NCBI GenBank assembly: GCA_963664405.1
Contig: OY761158.1
Location: 4,416,001 to 4,480,000, forward strand
Length of the DNA: 64,000 nucleotides
Source of the DNA: Thermoanaerobaculia bacterium
GTDB lineage: Bacteria; Acidobacteriota; Thermoanaerobaculia; Multivoradales; Multivoraceae
Direction of reading: 5' to 3'
The translations under genes were made by a program, and so were the position numbers. Positions within the stretch are counted from its first letter, which is position 1. Each line of letters begins with the position of its first letter. The notes below the pieces were generated by a model, which worked only from the letters and a program-made list of their open reading frames with translations, had not been told where the DNA came from and did no database searches. Below are positions 1 to 9,410 of this stretch, in pieces.

Positions 1-409
1 CGAGGAGCTCCTCGCTCACAAACGCAGGGCCCGACGACACCGGGGCTTCCATCGGCTGTTTTCCGCTGTGCCTCGATGCGAAGAGCTGATGCAGCAGCTC
101 GCCGAGCGAGGCGAGAACCTCGGAACGCAGACCGCCGGCCTGCTCCGACTCCTGCGCCAGTACGGCCCCCAGCGACTCGACAAAGCCGTGCGCGAAGCGC
201 TCCTGAACCACGCACCGCGATTCCAGTCCGTCCGGCTCCTACTCGAACGGCACCAGCGCGGCCTCGGTCAGCCCCCGGCTTTACCGGTGCCGCTCAGCCA
301 GGAGCTCCAACAGCGAGATCTCTCCGTGAGACCGCACAACCTCGAGGACTACGACCAACTTGGAGGCAACGACGATGGCCCGACCCAGGAAGAGTCCAAC
401 GATCCCTGA
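1..409 (+). CDS. istA: IS21-family transposase IstA, 3' end (runs off window)
   Basis: Helical C-terminal region (LLRLLRQYGPQRLDKAVREAL...VRPHNLEDYDQL) typical of IstA tails; directly precedes/overlaps an IstB ORF. Confidence 0.75.
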   Translation, partial: EELLAHKRRARRHRGFHRLFSAVPRCEELMQQLAERGENLGTQTAGLLRLLRQYGPQRLDKAVREALLNHAPRFQSVRLLLERHQRGLGQPPALPVPLSQELQQRDLSVRPHNLEDYDQLGGNDDGPTQEESNDP

Positions 410-1169
410 CGAACCACTACGAGAGCTCGCCCGATCCCTCGGCTTCTACGCCCTCGTCGACGACTGGGGCACCTACCGAGAACAGCCCTGGCTCGAACAG
501 CTGCTGCGCAAAGAAGAGGCCGAGCGCAAACGGCGCAGCCTCGAACGGCGCATCCGCACCAGCCGCGTCGGGCTCTTCAAGAGCATCGCCGACTTCGACT
601 TCTCCTGGCCCCAGCGCATCGACCGCGAGCAGATCCAGGATCTGCTCACCCTCCAATTCCTCGACGACATCACCAACGTCATCCTCCTCGGACCCAACGG
701 TGTCGGCAAGACCATGATTGCCAAGAACCTCCTCTACCAGGCGCTGCAACGAGGGGCCACCGCCAGCTTCGTCACCGCCTCCGACATGCTCAACGATCTC
801 GCCGTCCAGGAAACCCCCTCGGCGCTCCAGAGAAGGCTCTCCAAATACACCCGACCCTCGCTTTTGGCAATCGATGAGCTCGGCTATCTCTCCTACGACC
901 ACCGCCACGCGGATCTCCTCTTCGAGGTCGTCTCCAGGAGATACGGCAACAAGCCCATTCTTCTCACCACCAACAAGCCCTTCGCCGAATGGGCCGAGGT
1001 CTTTCCCAACGCCTCCTGCGTCGTCACTCTCGTCGATCGACTCACCCACCACGCCGAGATCGTCAAGATCGAGGCTAACTCCTATCGCCGCAAGGAGGCC
1101 AAGGAGGCTGCTGAAAAAAAGGCCAAGGACCGCGCCAAAAGGCGGAGCGCAGCACGACGACGCTCATGA
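375..1169 (+). CDS. istB: IS21-family helper ATPase IstB
   Basis: FDFSWP motif, Walker A GPNGVGKT, Walker B LLAIDELGY, TTNKPF and LVDRLTHHA..IEANSYR motifs; start codon uncertain. Confidence 0.95.
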   Translation: MARPRKSPTIPDEPLRELARSLGFYALVDDWGTYREQPWLEQLLRKEEAERKRRSLERRIRTSRVGLFKSIADFDFSWPQRIDREQIQDLLTLQFLDDITNVILLGPNGVGKTMIAKNLLYQALQRGATASFVTASDMLNDLAVQETPSALQRRLSKYTRPSLLAIDELGYLSYDHRHADLLFEVVSRRYGNKPILLTTNKPFAEWAEVFPNASCVVTLVDRLTHHAEIVKIEANSYRRKEAKEAAEKKAKDRAKRRSAARRRS

Positions 1170-1522
1170 CCCGAAGCCACTATCGGCGCCAGCTCCTCCG
1201 CCTCTATCGACTCCTTCCCGACACCCCGCACCGCTTCCACCACGGCGACCGCGTCATCGTCGACCAGCTCTTCGACCAAGACCTGCCTCTCACCGTCCTC
1301 CAGGCCGCCCTCCTCCTCGGCTCCGCCCGACGCGCATGCCGAGATCCGCGCCTACCAAAGCTCCAGCCCATCCGATCCCTCGCCTACTTTCTCCCCATCC
1401 TCCGAGAACTCCCCACGACGCCACCCCCCGAGGGGTACCTCGACTATCTGCGCCACACCCTGAGTCACGCCTCGCGGGGACAAAAAACCGACTCGCAGCC
1501 AACTAAGTGCGCTTTCTCGTAG
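1166..1522 (+). CDS. Hypothetical protein, third ORF inside the IS21 element
   Basis: ATGA overlap with istB stop; ends inside the right terminal repeat. Confidence 0.7.
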   Translation: MTRSHYRRQLLRLYRLLPDTPHRFHHGDRVIVDQLFDQDLPLTVLQAALLLGSARRACRDPRLPKLQPIRSLAYFLPILRELPTTPPPEGYLDYLRHTLSHASRGQKTDSQPTKCAFS

Positions 1523-1574
1523 CCGGTAACAATCACGCATACGACCGGACGAGGCCGGTGATTGCGCTATTACT

Positions 1575-2030
1575 CTAGCGCAACCGCTTCTCGAACAAGA
1601 CACACTTCAGTCCGTGATTGGTCGCCCGTCCTATCTCGGTATAGCCGCTGCTTTTGTAGAGCGCTATCGCTGCCACCTGTTGGACCGTTGTGTCGAGGAT
1701 GATTCGCGTATACCCGAGCATGTTTGCGCGCGCTTCCAGCTCTTCGAGAATTGACCTACCGACCCCTTGACGCTGCTTTTCAGGGTGCACTCGCATCCGC
1801 TTGATCTCCGCTTCGTCCTCGGAACGGCGGCGAGGTGCGCCCATTCCAACGATCCTCCCACGCGTTTCTGCAACGAGAAAGTCGCCTTTGTTGCCCAGGT
1901 AGACTGCCTGGATATCCTCCAGATCATCGTCCCACGGTCCCGGCCCGATGTTGGTGCCCGTCTGATCCAAGCCGAGGATGTGAAGCTCCCTGATTGCCGG
2001 CAGGTCTGACTCCTGAAATTGTCGGATCAC
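1575..2030 (-). CDS. GNAT family N-acetyltransferase
   Basis: EIKRMRVHPEKQRQGVGR acetyl-CoA motif, AIALYKSSGY; GTG start chosen by comparison with the paralog at 23 kb. Confidence 0.88.
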   Translation of the reverse strand: MIRQFQESDLPAIRELHILGLDQTGTNIGPGPWDDDLEDIQAVYLGNKGDFLVAETRGRIVGMGAPRRRSEDEAEIKRMRVHPEKQRQGVGRSILEELEARANMLGYTRIILDTTVQQVAAIALYKSSGYTEIGRATNHGLKCVLFEKRLR

Positions 2031-2147
2031 CTGTGGTTCACGACCTGTGGACCGCGTCGTTCGCGATTGGACGGCTCTACGCACTAGAGTCTCGAGCCCG
2101 ACCAAGCGACCGTCATCGCCGCCATGGCCCCCATCGAACACCTCACA

Positions 2148-2603
2148 CTAGGGGGCTTCCATAACAAAATAGTGCTCCTTGCGTTCGATCTCTCGAAAGC
2201 CGAACCTTTCGTAGAGTGATTTTGCTCGTGTGTTTTCGTGCAGTACCTGAAGTCGAACTGGTAGCCCTTGGTCACGGGCCTGCGAGAGAATCTGGGCGAT
2301 GAGCCTGCTGCCTAGGCCTTGACCTTGATGCTCTCGAAGAACTTGAATCTCGTCCAGCCAGAGATTACCCTGACGCTCTTCCGATGTGAGCATACCGACT
2401 GGCTTTCCGTCTAGGACCACGATCCTTGACGCGGCTGGATTCCAAGCTTCCTCAAATAGTCGCTGCTGGAGGTCTTCATCCCAGCTTCCGAACTGCCTTT
2501 TCACGACATCGAGGTAGCCCTCGCGACGGAGCCTATAGAGCCAGTCATAGTCCGACTCGACTACTGGTCGCGTGGATATCGGCTCTGCGCTCTTGGGAGT
2601 CAA
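2148..2603 (-). CDS. GNAT family N-acetyltransferase
   Basis: HQGQGLGSRL and NTRAKSLYERFGF motifs. Confidence 0.9.
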   Translation of the reverse strand: MTPKSAEPISTRPVVESDYDWLYRLRREGYLDVVKRQFGSWDEDLQQRLFEEAWNPAASRIVVLDGKPVGMLTSEERQGNLWLDEIQVLREHQGQGLGSRLIAQILSQARDQGLPVRLQVLHENTRAKSLYERFGFREIERKEHYFVMEAP

Positions 2604-2611
2604 GCACGCAC

Positions 2612-3367
2612 CTAGGATTCGAAACGTCGTTGCCGTCGAACTTGCGCCAGCGCACCAAGCACCGCCGTCAAGCTAGGGAAGCGAGGGCAATCAACGTCGC
2701 GCCAGTCATTGAACGGGTCAAGGAGCACCGCGTGAACGCCAGCAGCTCGCGCGCCGACGACGTCCGCGAAGTACATGTCGCCTACGTGAAGCGCTTTCTC
2801 GGGAGAGCATTCAAGGGCGTCCAGAGCGTGGCGAAATATCGACGGATCCGGCTTCTCTACGCCCACGATGTGGGAGTCCACAACTACAGCGAAGTAGTGC
2901 CGTATCCCGCCCTCCACGAGAGACTGGTCCACGGTACCGTCCGAGTTGCTGACGACGCCGAGAGCGAGACCCAAGCCGACCAGCTTGTGAAGAGCCTCGT
3001 CAACCCCGGGAAGAACGGACGACCATAGGCGATTGCTCTGTCCATCGGGCCTCAGAACAGGGGCAAGATCAAAGGCCAGGTCGCGGGTGTCGATGTGCTG
3101 GCCAGTCAAGCCTTTGAGTTGTTCCAGGATAATGCGCAAGTAGCCTTCGAACCCCCGAGGAACGTCAGGCCTCGACTCCGAGGTCATGAGACGAGACAAG
3201 ACCGGTCTGGCTGCAGCTTCTGCTCTCTCCAGAGTAGCGACCGAGCAATCGACTCCGCGCAACCGAAGCTCCTCTTGTACCCACTCGAAGTCCAGAGAGA
3301 TCAGCGTGCCGCCGACATCTAGGAGCACAGCCTCAATTGCGGCTAGCGGCGTATTGTCGAGGCTCAT
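2612..3367 (-). CDS. HAD-superfamily hydrolase
   Basis: LLDVGGTL (motif I), VVSN, EKPDP, HVGD...DVVGA. Confidence 0.9.
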   Translation of the reverse strand: MSLDNTPLAAIEAVLLDVGGTLISLDFEWVQEELRLRGVDCSVATLERAEAAARPVLSRLMTSESRPDVPRGFEGYLRIILEQLKGLTGQHIDTRDLAFDLAPVLRPDGQSNRLWSSVLPGVDEALHKLVGLGLALGVVSNSDGTVDQSLVEGGIRHYFAVVVDSHIVGVEKPDPSIFRHALDALECSPEKALHVGDMYFADVVGARAAGVHAVLLDPFNDWRDVDCPRFPSLTAVLGALAQVRRQRRFES

Positions 3368-3415
3368 GCAGGTCGCAGGTCTCCTCAGGGCCAGACAAAG
3401 GTGCCTGGCGATCGG

Positions 3416-3844
3416 CTAGATGGCGCGCCACAGGCACGAGAACCGTTCCACGCCGGGGTAGCGCTCACCCAGCGATGAAACCGAGAAGCCGCACTGCTGG
3501 TAGAAATCCCTTGCGTCGGCGTCGGTCTCGGCATAGAGCTCAGAAAGGCGGAGCTTCGCCAAGCCAGAGCAACAATTCACCACATCGCGGTTCAGCCGGA
3601 CCATTCGTCGCCAAGGGCTTGGCCGCTCCCTTATTTCCGAGGTCGTTCGCGAGGCGAGCTCGCCCCCAAGCAACGCCAGCACGTCGGCGTCGCGGACCCA
3701 GCCGAACGCGAACCGGTTCGGCTCCGTCCGGTAGGACCCGACGATCTCGCTCAGTCCAGGCTCAGTAGGCTCTCCGACGGCGTCGGCGAGCAAGACTCGA
3801 ATTGGAGCCTCGGAGAGTCGGAGTCGAATGTTCGAGAACTTCAC
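3416..3844 (-). pseudogene. GNAT-like acetyltransferase, central motif corrupted
   Basis: C-terminal LYAETDADARDFYQQCGF is GNAT-like, but the R/QxxGxG motif is missing (possible compensating indels). Confidence 0.6.
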
Positions 3845-3866
3845 TCACACAGCCTAGCGTTACGAG

Positions 3867-4667
3867 TCACGACGCGTTCGCTTCGGTTGTTGGCCTGTCT
3901 CCAGCTTCATTGACTCGGAAAACGAACAGGTCAATAGGTTCATAGACAGGTGTGTCCGGAGGCTGTCTGTCAACCCAGTCCCGCAGGCTTAGCAAGCCAG
4001 CCTCAAACGCTTCGTCACTGATGGCGATCAGGGAGGAGAGGCCACGACGACTGATCTTGTGGAAGTACTCGTCGCATGAGGCCGCGAAGTACTGGCGGAC
4101 AGTCTGAGCGCTCATCTTCACATAACCATGTCCCGAGACCAGATCAACCACATCCTGCTGAGAGGGCAGCCTGCCTTTATCAATCTGATCCGCATCGGGA
4201 AAACAACGCATCCATTCGATCTCGACATTGTTCTCTTGGGTGCCATTCCTGATGGACAGGCAGCCGCCCGGCCGCAAAACCCTACGGATCTCATGAAAAG
4301 CTTGGTCAGGCCTATCGAGATGGTGGAAAGTCTGGGACATCCAGACCAAGTCTAAGGAGTCGGTCTCGAGAGGAATGCTCTCCGCCGCTCCGCGGTGCCA
4401 CGCGATGCGCTCTGCTTTGTTGCGCTGCCCTTCGGCCATCATGGCCTCCGCAGGCTCAACGGCGTGGACTTGGCAATGAAACGTCCTGTGAAGAGGCAAT
4501 GTAAAGCGACCGGTACCCGCGCCGAGATCAAGAACTTCATTCGGGGCAAAGCCCGGCGGAAGCGCCCTTGCCAATGTCATCATCCACAAGGCTGACGTTT
4601 CTTCCGGCAGTTCCCGCGCAGCGTCATATCGCTTGGCAGCACCTTTATTTTCGTATGTTAGCGACAT
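3867..4667 (-). CDS. Class I SAM-dependent methyltransferase
   Basis: VLDLGAGTG, DSLDLVW, FHHL, RVLRPGG. Confidence 0.92.
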   Translation of the reverse strand: MSLTYENKGAAKRYDAARELPEETSALWMMTLARALPPGFAPNEVLDLGAGTGRFTLPLHRTFHCQVHAVEPAEAMMAEGQRNKAERIAWHRGAAESIPLETDSLDLVWMSQTFHHLDRPDQAFHEIRRVLRPGGCLSIRNGTQENNVEIEWMRCFPDADQIDKGRLPSQQDVVDLVSGHGYVKMSAQTVRQYFAASCDEYFHKISRRGLSSLIAISDEAFEAGLLSLRDWVDRQPPDTPVYEPIDLFVFRVNEAGDRPTTEANAS

Positions 4668-4707
4668 GCTCTTCACGCAACGATAGCTCCCCACGGACGC
4701 GGCTTGT

Positions 4708-5385
4708 TCACGGCCTCAGTAGCGTCTGGTTCCCTGAAAGTTTACGAATTGCGGAGATGGTGATGTCGGGTATCTCCTGCGGGCTTCGTGGCTCTTGAAA
4801 CCGCGAGAAACCCTGAAGGACACGCACGGTATTCCAGCCCTGAGACTTGGCAGGCCCAATATCATTGTCAATTCGATCACCAATCATCAAAGCTGCTTGT
4901 GGTGTGCACCTTGCCTCAGACAGAGCACTCTCAAAGATCCGGGGGTCTGGCTTGGACAGGCCGAGCTCCGCGGAAGCAAAGACGAGGGAGAAATGGTCCC
5001 TGATGCGCCACTGTACAAGGCGGTCTTCGGTGCCTTTGGATTGATTCGCAATGACGCCGAGATTGAATAGCCCCGACAACTGGGCGAGAAGCTCAGGCAC
5101 CCCGGGATACAAGACCTCGTTTTCCTTGACGTAGCGTACGGAGTCCATGAGTGTGCCGATGTCATCTCCAGAGAGGCCTAAGCGTGCCAGCATGCCTTGA
5201 AAAGGGCTTGCCGAGAACCTCGTCGCGGCGTGCTCGCGCATCTGCATGAGCTCGTCAACGGAGTGGTGCAGCCCGAGCCGGGCAAGATGATCTTGCGTTA
5301 CATCAAGACGAGCGCGATGGGCCTCAGTCTCGTCGACGAGAGTCCAGCCTAGATCCAAGAATATCCATTTGCGATTGCTCATCAT
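4708..5385 (-). CDS. HAD-superfamily hydrolase
   Basis: FLDLGWTL, IANQ, SKPDP, MIGDRIDNDIGPA. Confidence 0.92.
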   Translation of the reverse strand: MMSNRKWIFLDLGWTLVDETEAHRARLDVTQDHLARLGLHHSVDELMQMREHAATRFSASPFQGMLARLGLSGDDIGTLMDSVRYVKENEVLYPGVPELLAQLSGLFNLGVIANQSKGTEDRLVQWRIRDHFSLVFASAELGLSKPDPRIFESALSEARCTPQAALMIGDRIDNDIGPAKSQGWNTVRVLQGFSRFQEPRSPQEIPDITISAIRKLSGNQTLLRP

Positions 5386-5626
5386 TATCTCGGCCAACGG
5401 ATTCGGCGATCACAGGCAGGGTACCAGCGGAGGCGCCAAGTGCCGAGCTGTTCTTCATTGCCTCTCTCAGGCGGGCTGGGAACGTCCGTGACTTGGTCGC
5501 CGCCACGGAACCCAAAGGCTCTTAGCCGATCACGCCGTCCAAGGCCGTAGCTAGCCCGCGCTAGGGCGCGAACGCGCGGAGGGAACGGCGCCCCCGGCGT
5601 CTGAGTGCGGCGTCGGTTTGTACTCG

Positions 5627-6106
5627 CTAGACGTCGAGTCTCATCATGTAAGCCAGCGCGCCTTCTGCATCCTTGACTGTATGCGTGTAACGGAAGCCGA
5701 CCTTCTCATAGCAGCGGATCGCTCGCAGGTTGCGTAGGTCCGGATCAACAATGACGCAATGGGGATCCTCTCTCTCGTTGATGAGCTCAATGAACTGAGC
5801 GATAGCCGACGCTCCAATACCGCGATTGAGGAGCTGTGCCTTCGCGATGAACTGATCGATTCCCACTACGCCCTGTGGCTGTAAGTAGTATTGGAAGTAA
5901 CCAATCGTTGTCTCCTGCACGTTCGGATCGTTGGACTGATAGGAGAGCAAGAACCTCTTTGTCTCGTCCGGGTCAGCGGAATAGTGCGCCGTGACCTTCG
6001 CAAGTGTGTCGTCACCGTCGTTCCACCACTCCTTGACGTGTGGTCTGGAGAGCCACTTGAGCAGTAGCGGAAAGTCGGCTTCGCTTAGGGTGTGAAATCG
6101 ATACAC
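5627..6106 (-). CDS. GNAT acetyltransferase, AAC(6')-Ib/IucB-like fold
   Basis: WLSRPHVKEWW, GIDQFI, LNRGIG, VDPDLRNLRAIRCYEKVGF. Confidence 0.85.
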   Translation of the reverse strand: MYRFHTLSEADFPLLLKWLSRPHVKEWWNDGDDTLAKVTAHYSADPDETKRFLLSYQSNDPNVQETTIGYFQYYLQPQGVVGIDQFIAKAQLLNRGIGASAIAQFIELINEREDPHCVIVDPDLRNLRAIRCYEKVGFRYTHTVKDAEGALAYMMRLDV

Positions 6107-6431
6107 GATCAGTGGCCCGTGCGTCTAGTATTCAAGCTGAGATCACGGCATCGAAGCCACGCAGAAGCCCCTCCCGTCCGGTCGAACCCGCAGGCCTCCG
6201 CGCTCCAGGCTAACAGCAGAGTCAGCCGCTGCGTCTTGCGAAACGTCACGGCTGCCTGGATCCAGGCTGAATGAGCACGTCGCGTGAAGCCTACTCTTCG
6301 AATTGGGGCCGCGCCGACAGTTGCCGCGAATTGGATTGCCGCTCCCACGCCCTGCCCGAAGGCGCCGCGCCTCTAGAATTCAACAGGGGAGTGCGATAAT
6401 TTGAAAGGTTACCTTCCACCAGACCAGCAGG

Positions 6432-7211
6432 ATGGACTACGACGCCACCAACATTCCCGCCGCCTATGACGATGCACGCGGCTACGATCCAGCAACGCTC
6501 GAAACGTGGCTGACGCACATCGCACGACATGCGTCGGCGACAACGACCCGCCGAGTCCTAGATCTCGGGTGTGGTACCGGGCGCTATTCCGCGGCGCTTG
6601 CGGATCGCTTTGAGGCAGCTGTACTCGCGCTCGACCCGTCTACGCGGATGCTCGGGCAGGCAAAGCCCAAATTTCGTAGGGGTAGCGTCATGGGGTGTTA
6701 CGCCGCCGCCGAGGCGTTGCCGCTCGCGGACAACACGATCGACTTCGTCTTTCTCTCGATGGTATTTCACCATCTCGCAGATTGCCGCCGCGCGTGCCAC
6801 GAAATCCGCCGCGTCCTCCGCGAGAGAGGGACGGTCGTGGTTAGAAACAGCACGTGGGATCAAGCCGAGACCTTCCCCTACGTTGGCTATTTTCCAAACG
6901 TCGATGCGGCCATCCACCGCTTGTTGCCGGCCGCCGCAGACGTCGAAACCGCCTTCGGAGACGCCGGTTTATCGTTGGTCGCTCACGAAATCATTCGTCA
7001 TCCGATGGCGCGCGATTGGCCGGAATTCGTGAGAAAATCCAAGCGACGCGCCGATTCGATCCTTGCTCGCCTGCCCGACCGGGACTTCGAGGCCGGGATT
7101 GCCGCACTCGAGTCTGCCACGTCAACCGCAGCACCGATCACCGTCGATCTGGATTTATTCGTCTTTCGCGATAGCCGCCATCTTCCTGCCGGCGCTAGTA
7201 AGTCGCTCTGA
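6432..7211 (+). CDS. Class I SAM-dependent methyltransferase
   Basis: VLDLGCGTG, MVFHHL, RRVLRERG; same family as 3867-4667. Confidence 0.92.
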   Translation: MDYDATNIPAAYDDARGYDPATLETWLTHIARHASATTTRRVLDLGCGTGRYSAALADRFEAAVLALDPSTRMLGQAKPKFRRGSVMGCYAAAEALPLADNTIDFVFLSMVFHHLADCRRACHEIRRVLRERGTVVVRNSTWDQAETFPYVGYFPNVDAAIHRLLPAAADVETAFGDAGLSLVAHEIIRHPMARDWPEFVRKSKRRADSILARLPDRDFEAGIAALESATSTAAPITVDLDLFVFRDSRHLPAGASKSL

Positions 7212-7218
7212 ACGACCA

Positions 7219-7767
7219 ATGAGCACCAGCGTAAGAGCGGCCTGCCTAGCGGACGCCCCCGCCATCGCTCGCACGCACGTGAAGGCGTGGCAGGTCGCCT
7301 ATCGAGGCATCATGCCGGCGGAGACCCTGGCACGGCTCTCGATTGATGAACGTCAAGAGAGTTGGCGCGCTCAGATTGAAGACGGTGGGCCACAGACCAC
7401 TCTCGTTGTCGAATTGGATGATGAGGTGATTGGCTTTGCAGGTCTTGGGCCAACTCGTGACAAGGATCTGGCTCCGACTGTCGTATCAGAGCTATACGCA
7501 ATCTACGTTGACCCCGATCACTGGGGGCAGGGTTTCGGCTATCCCTTGTGGCGAGCCGCTCTAGACGAGGCTTCGAGCCATGGATTTAGCGAGATCTCCC
7601 TTTGGGTGCTTGAGAGGAACGAGAGAGCCAGGCGCTTCTACGACCGCCAGGGGTTTAGTGCCGATCCAGGGGTGACGAAGGAGTGGACACGGGCGGGAGT
7701 GACGCTCGAGGAGGTGCGCTACAGAGGAGAGACAGGCCGAGACAGGGGCAGTTTTGCGGATTGGTGA
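7219..7767 (+). CDS. GNAT family N-acetyltransferase
   Basis: ELYAIYVDPDHWGQGFG, LWVLERNERARRFYDRQGF. Confidence 0.92.
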   Translation: MSTSVRAACLADAPAIARTHVKAWQVAYRGIMPAETLARLSIDERQESWRAQIEDGGPQTTLVVELDDEVIGFAGLGPTRDKDLAPTVVSELYAIYVDPDHWGQGFGYPLWRAALDEASSHGFSEISLWVLERNERARRFYDRQGFSADPGVTKEWTRAGVTLEEVRYRGETGRDRGSFADW

Positions 7768-7800
7768 ACAAACGGTGAACAAGCGACCCGGAGACTCCTT

Positions 7801-8880
7801 CTACAAACTGCGGAACTCCATGCGTATCGTCTTTGAGGAGTCGGCTTGCCGATAGGTTCGCTTGAACCTCTCGCCTACCTGCACCTCGACGTTCCAGCCT
7901 TCGACGAGGACACCGAGCTCCGGAGATGGTGCATCCAGTGGAAGGCCGAGAACCGGGTATTCGGTGAACAGAGTGTCGAGGAACGGCACCACGAAGGCGT
8001 CATACCGCTCCGAATCCGAGGCATGGTTCCCCCAGAGCGAACTCAGGAGCACCGTCGGCGCGGGATACCTCGCCTCGCCTGTTTCCCAGATCGCCTCCGC
8101 CGGGAAGATGAAGTGCAGCTCATCACGAGTGCCCGCGCGGATCATTCCGTGCAGGGTCATCTGGACGTTCCGGAGGACGCAGGCCTTGAAGGCACCCCCG
8201 GTGAACACGACGCGATCGGCATCGATCAGAATCTCGTGCTCCTGTCCCTCGCTGATGATCGCGAGATCCGGCTGACGGTCCTCGGTGTACCAATTTGGGT
8301 ATTCTTCGCTCACCCAGTAGACGACTGGCCGCCCACGCCGTTTGAACTCGCGCACCAGGCGGTCGATCCCAGGCTTGGCCGCCGCGGTGTGGTCGAACCC
8401 GTCGCGGTTGGCGTGACCGACGAACAGCACCTCCTCGCCGACGATGGTGTCCACCTCGCTGTGAGGAACGGTGGTGAGGGCCGGCAGCTTGTCCCCGCGA
8501 ACCACAATGTCGTAGCGCCGTTCGCTCGCGGGGCTCCTGATGATGAAGCTGGTATGGCCCGGCGACAAGGCCTCGAAGAGGCCCCTCTGGTCTCTCAACG
8601 CGAGAACATCTGGATTTCCCGTTTCGAGCTCATAGTCTTCGAGGAACTGCAGCTCACCGCGGCGAGCATGCTGCATCGGCATGTAGCGGATCGTCTCGCC
8701 AGGACGCAGGTCGAAGTGGCGGGGGAAGACTTCGATGCCTCCGACCTCCCGCTGCCCGCACCCAGTCGCCGCGAAAGCGCCGAGAGCTGCCAGGACGGTG
8801 AGAATGGCCAGCCGGTTCGACGGACGACTCTGGCGGTCTCCACCGCGTCTCCGCACTATCCACTCAGCAACGCCACGCAC
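7801..8880 (-). CDS. Putative lipoprotein, unknown function
   Basis: Hydrophobic signal ending AATGC (lipobox); 359-aa open frame. Confidence 0.7.
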   Translation of the reverse strand: MRGVAEWIVRRRGGDRQSRPSNRLAILTVLAALGAFAATGCGQREVGGIEVFPRHFDLRPGETIRYMPMQHARRGELQFLEDYELETGNPDVLALRDQRGLFEALSPGHTSFIIRSPASERRYDIVVRGDKLPALTTVPHSEVDTIVGEEVLFVGHANRDGFDHTAAAKPGIDRLVREFKRRGRPVVYWVSEEYPNWYTEDRQPDLAIISEGQEHEILIDADRVVFTGGAFKACVLRNVQMTLHGMIRAGTRDELHFIFPAEAIWETGEARYPAPTVLLSSLWGNHASDSERYDAFVVPFLDTLFTEYPVLGLPLDAPSPELGVLVEGWNVEVQVGERFKRTYRQADSSKTIRMEFRSL

Positions 8881-9195
8881 TAGGTGGCCAGCGTTTGATG
8901 GGAGTCGACGGCATCAGCCTGGGTGTCACACCTTCGGGTACCTCACCCGATACAACTGACACCCAGCGCCCTCTTCGGTCCATGAGTACGCCTCAACGTC
9001 AATCCATGAGTCGATCGGGAATCTCCTCGAAGCTTGCCCTCCATTGCTTCGGATTCGAGCCTCCATCGTATGCTAAGCGCTGGAGGCCGCGAGCTACCTT
9101 CGGCTCAATACCGGACTCTCCACGAAACTGAGCCCATGTCCGGAGAGTGCAGGCTCCAGGGTCTACCTCAATTCGAAATAGTCCACCTACGACCT

Positions 9196-9265
9196 TGGCG
9201 GTCTCCTCTATGGTGGGAATTCGAACCCACGGACCGCGTTAACGGTCGCCGGTTTTCAAGACCGC
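9196..9265 (-). pseudogene. 3' half of tRNA-Ser(TGA), degenerate; att-site remnant
   Basis: Minus strand reads CGGT-CTTGAAA-ACCG (anticodon arm), a long variable arm GACCG..CGGTC, GTGGGTTCGAAT(T)CCCAC T-arm and ...CCGCCA; no D-arm or 5' half. Confidence 0.75.
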
Positions 9266-9304
9266 AAATGGCCAAGTCCGCGAGCCCTTTAGGTATAACG
9301 GCTT

Positions 9305-9410
9305 GCGCGGATCTAGCCTGGAATCAATGACTTAGATTCATTACGAGGCTTACGAGCCTTACGGGGCTTTCTGCCCTCTCAGGGACAAAAAAGGGACAGT
9401 TTGGGGACAG
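9305..9410. repeat. Integrase arm-like region: GGAATCAATGACTTAG, three 9-bp TTACG repeats and three GGGACA repeats
   Basis: Direct repeats adjacent to the tRNA fragment; 9305-9380 recurs at ~42060-42135. Confidence 0.6.

Larger units (their letters stand above)
1..1531 (+). mobile_element. IS21-family element, right part; right end ...TTCTCGTAGCCGGTAACA
   Basis: istA-istB plus a CA-3' terminus at 1531, after which gene content changes. Confidence 0.75.

Noticed and set aside
9196-9265. Functional tRNA or tRNA-Sec
   Set aside because: The anticodon reads TGA (Ser), the 5' half and D-arm are absent, and the acceptor stem cannot form
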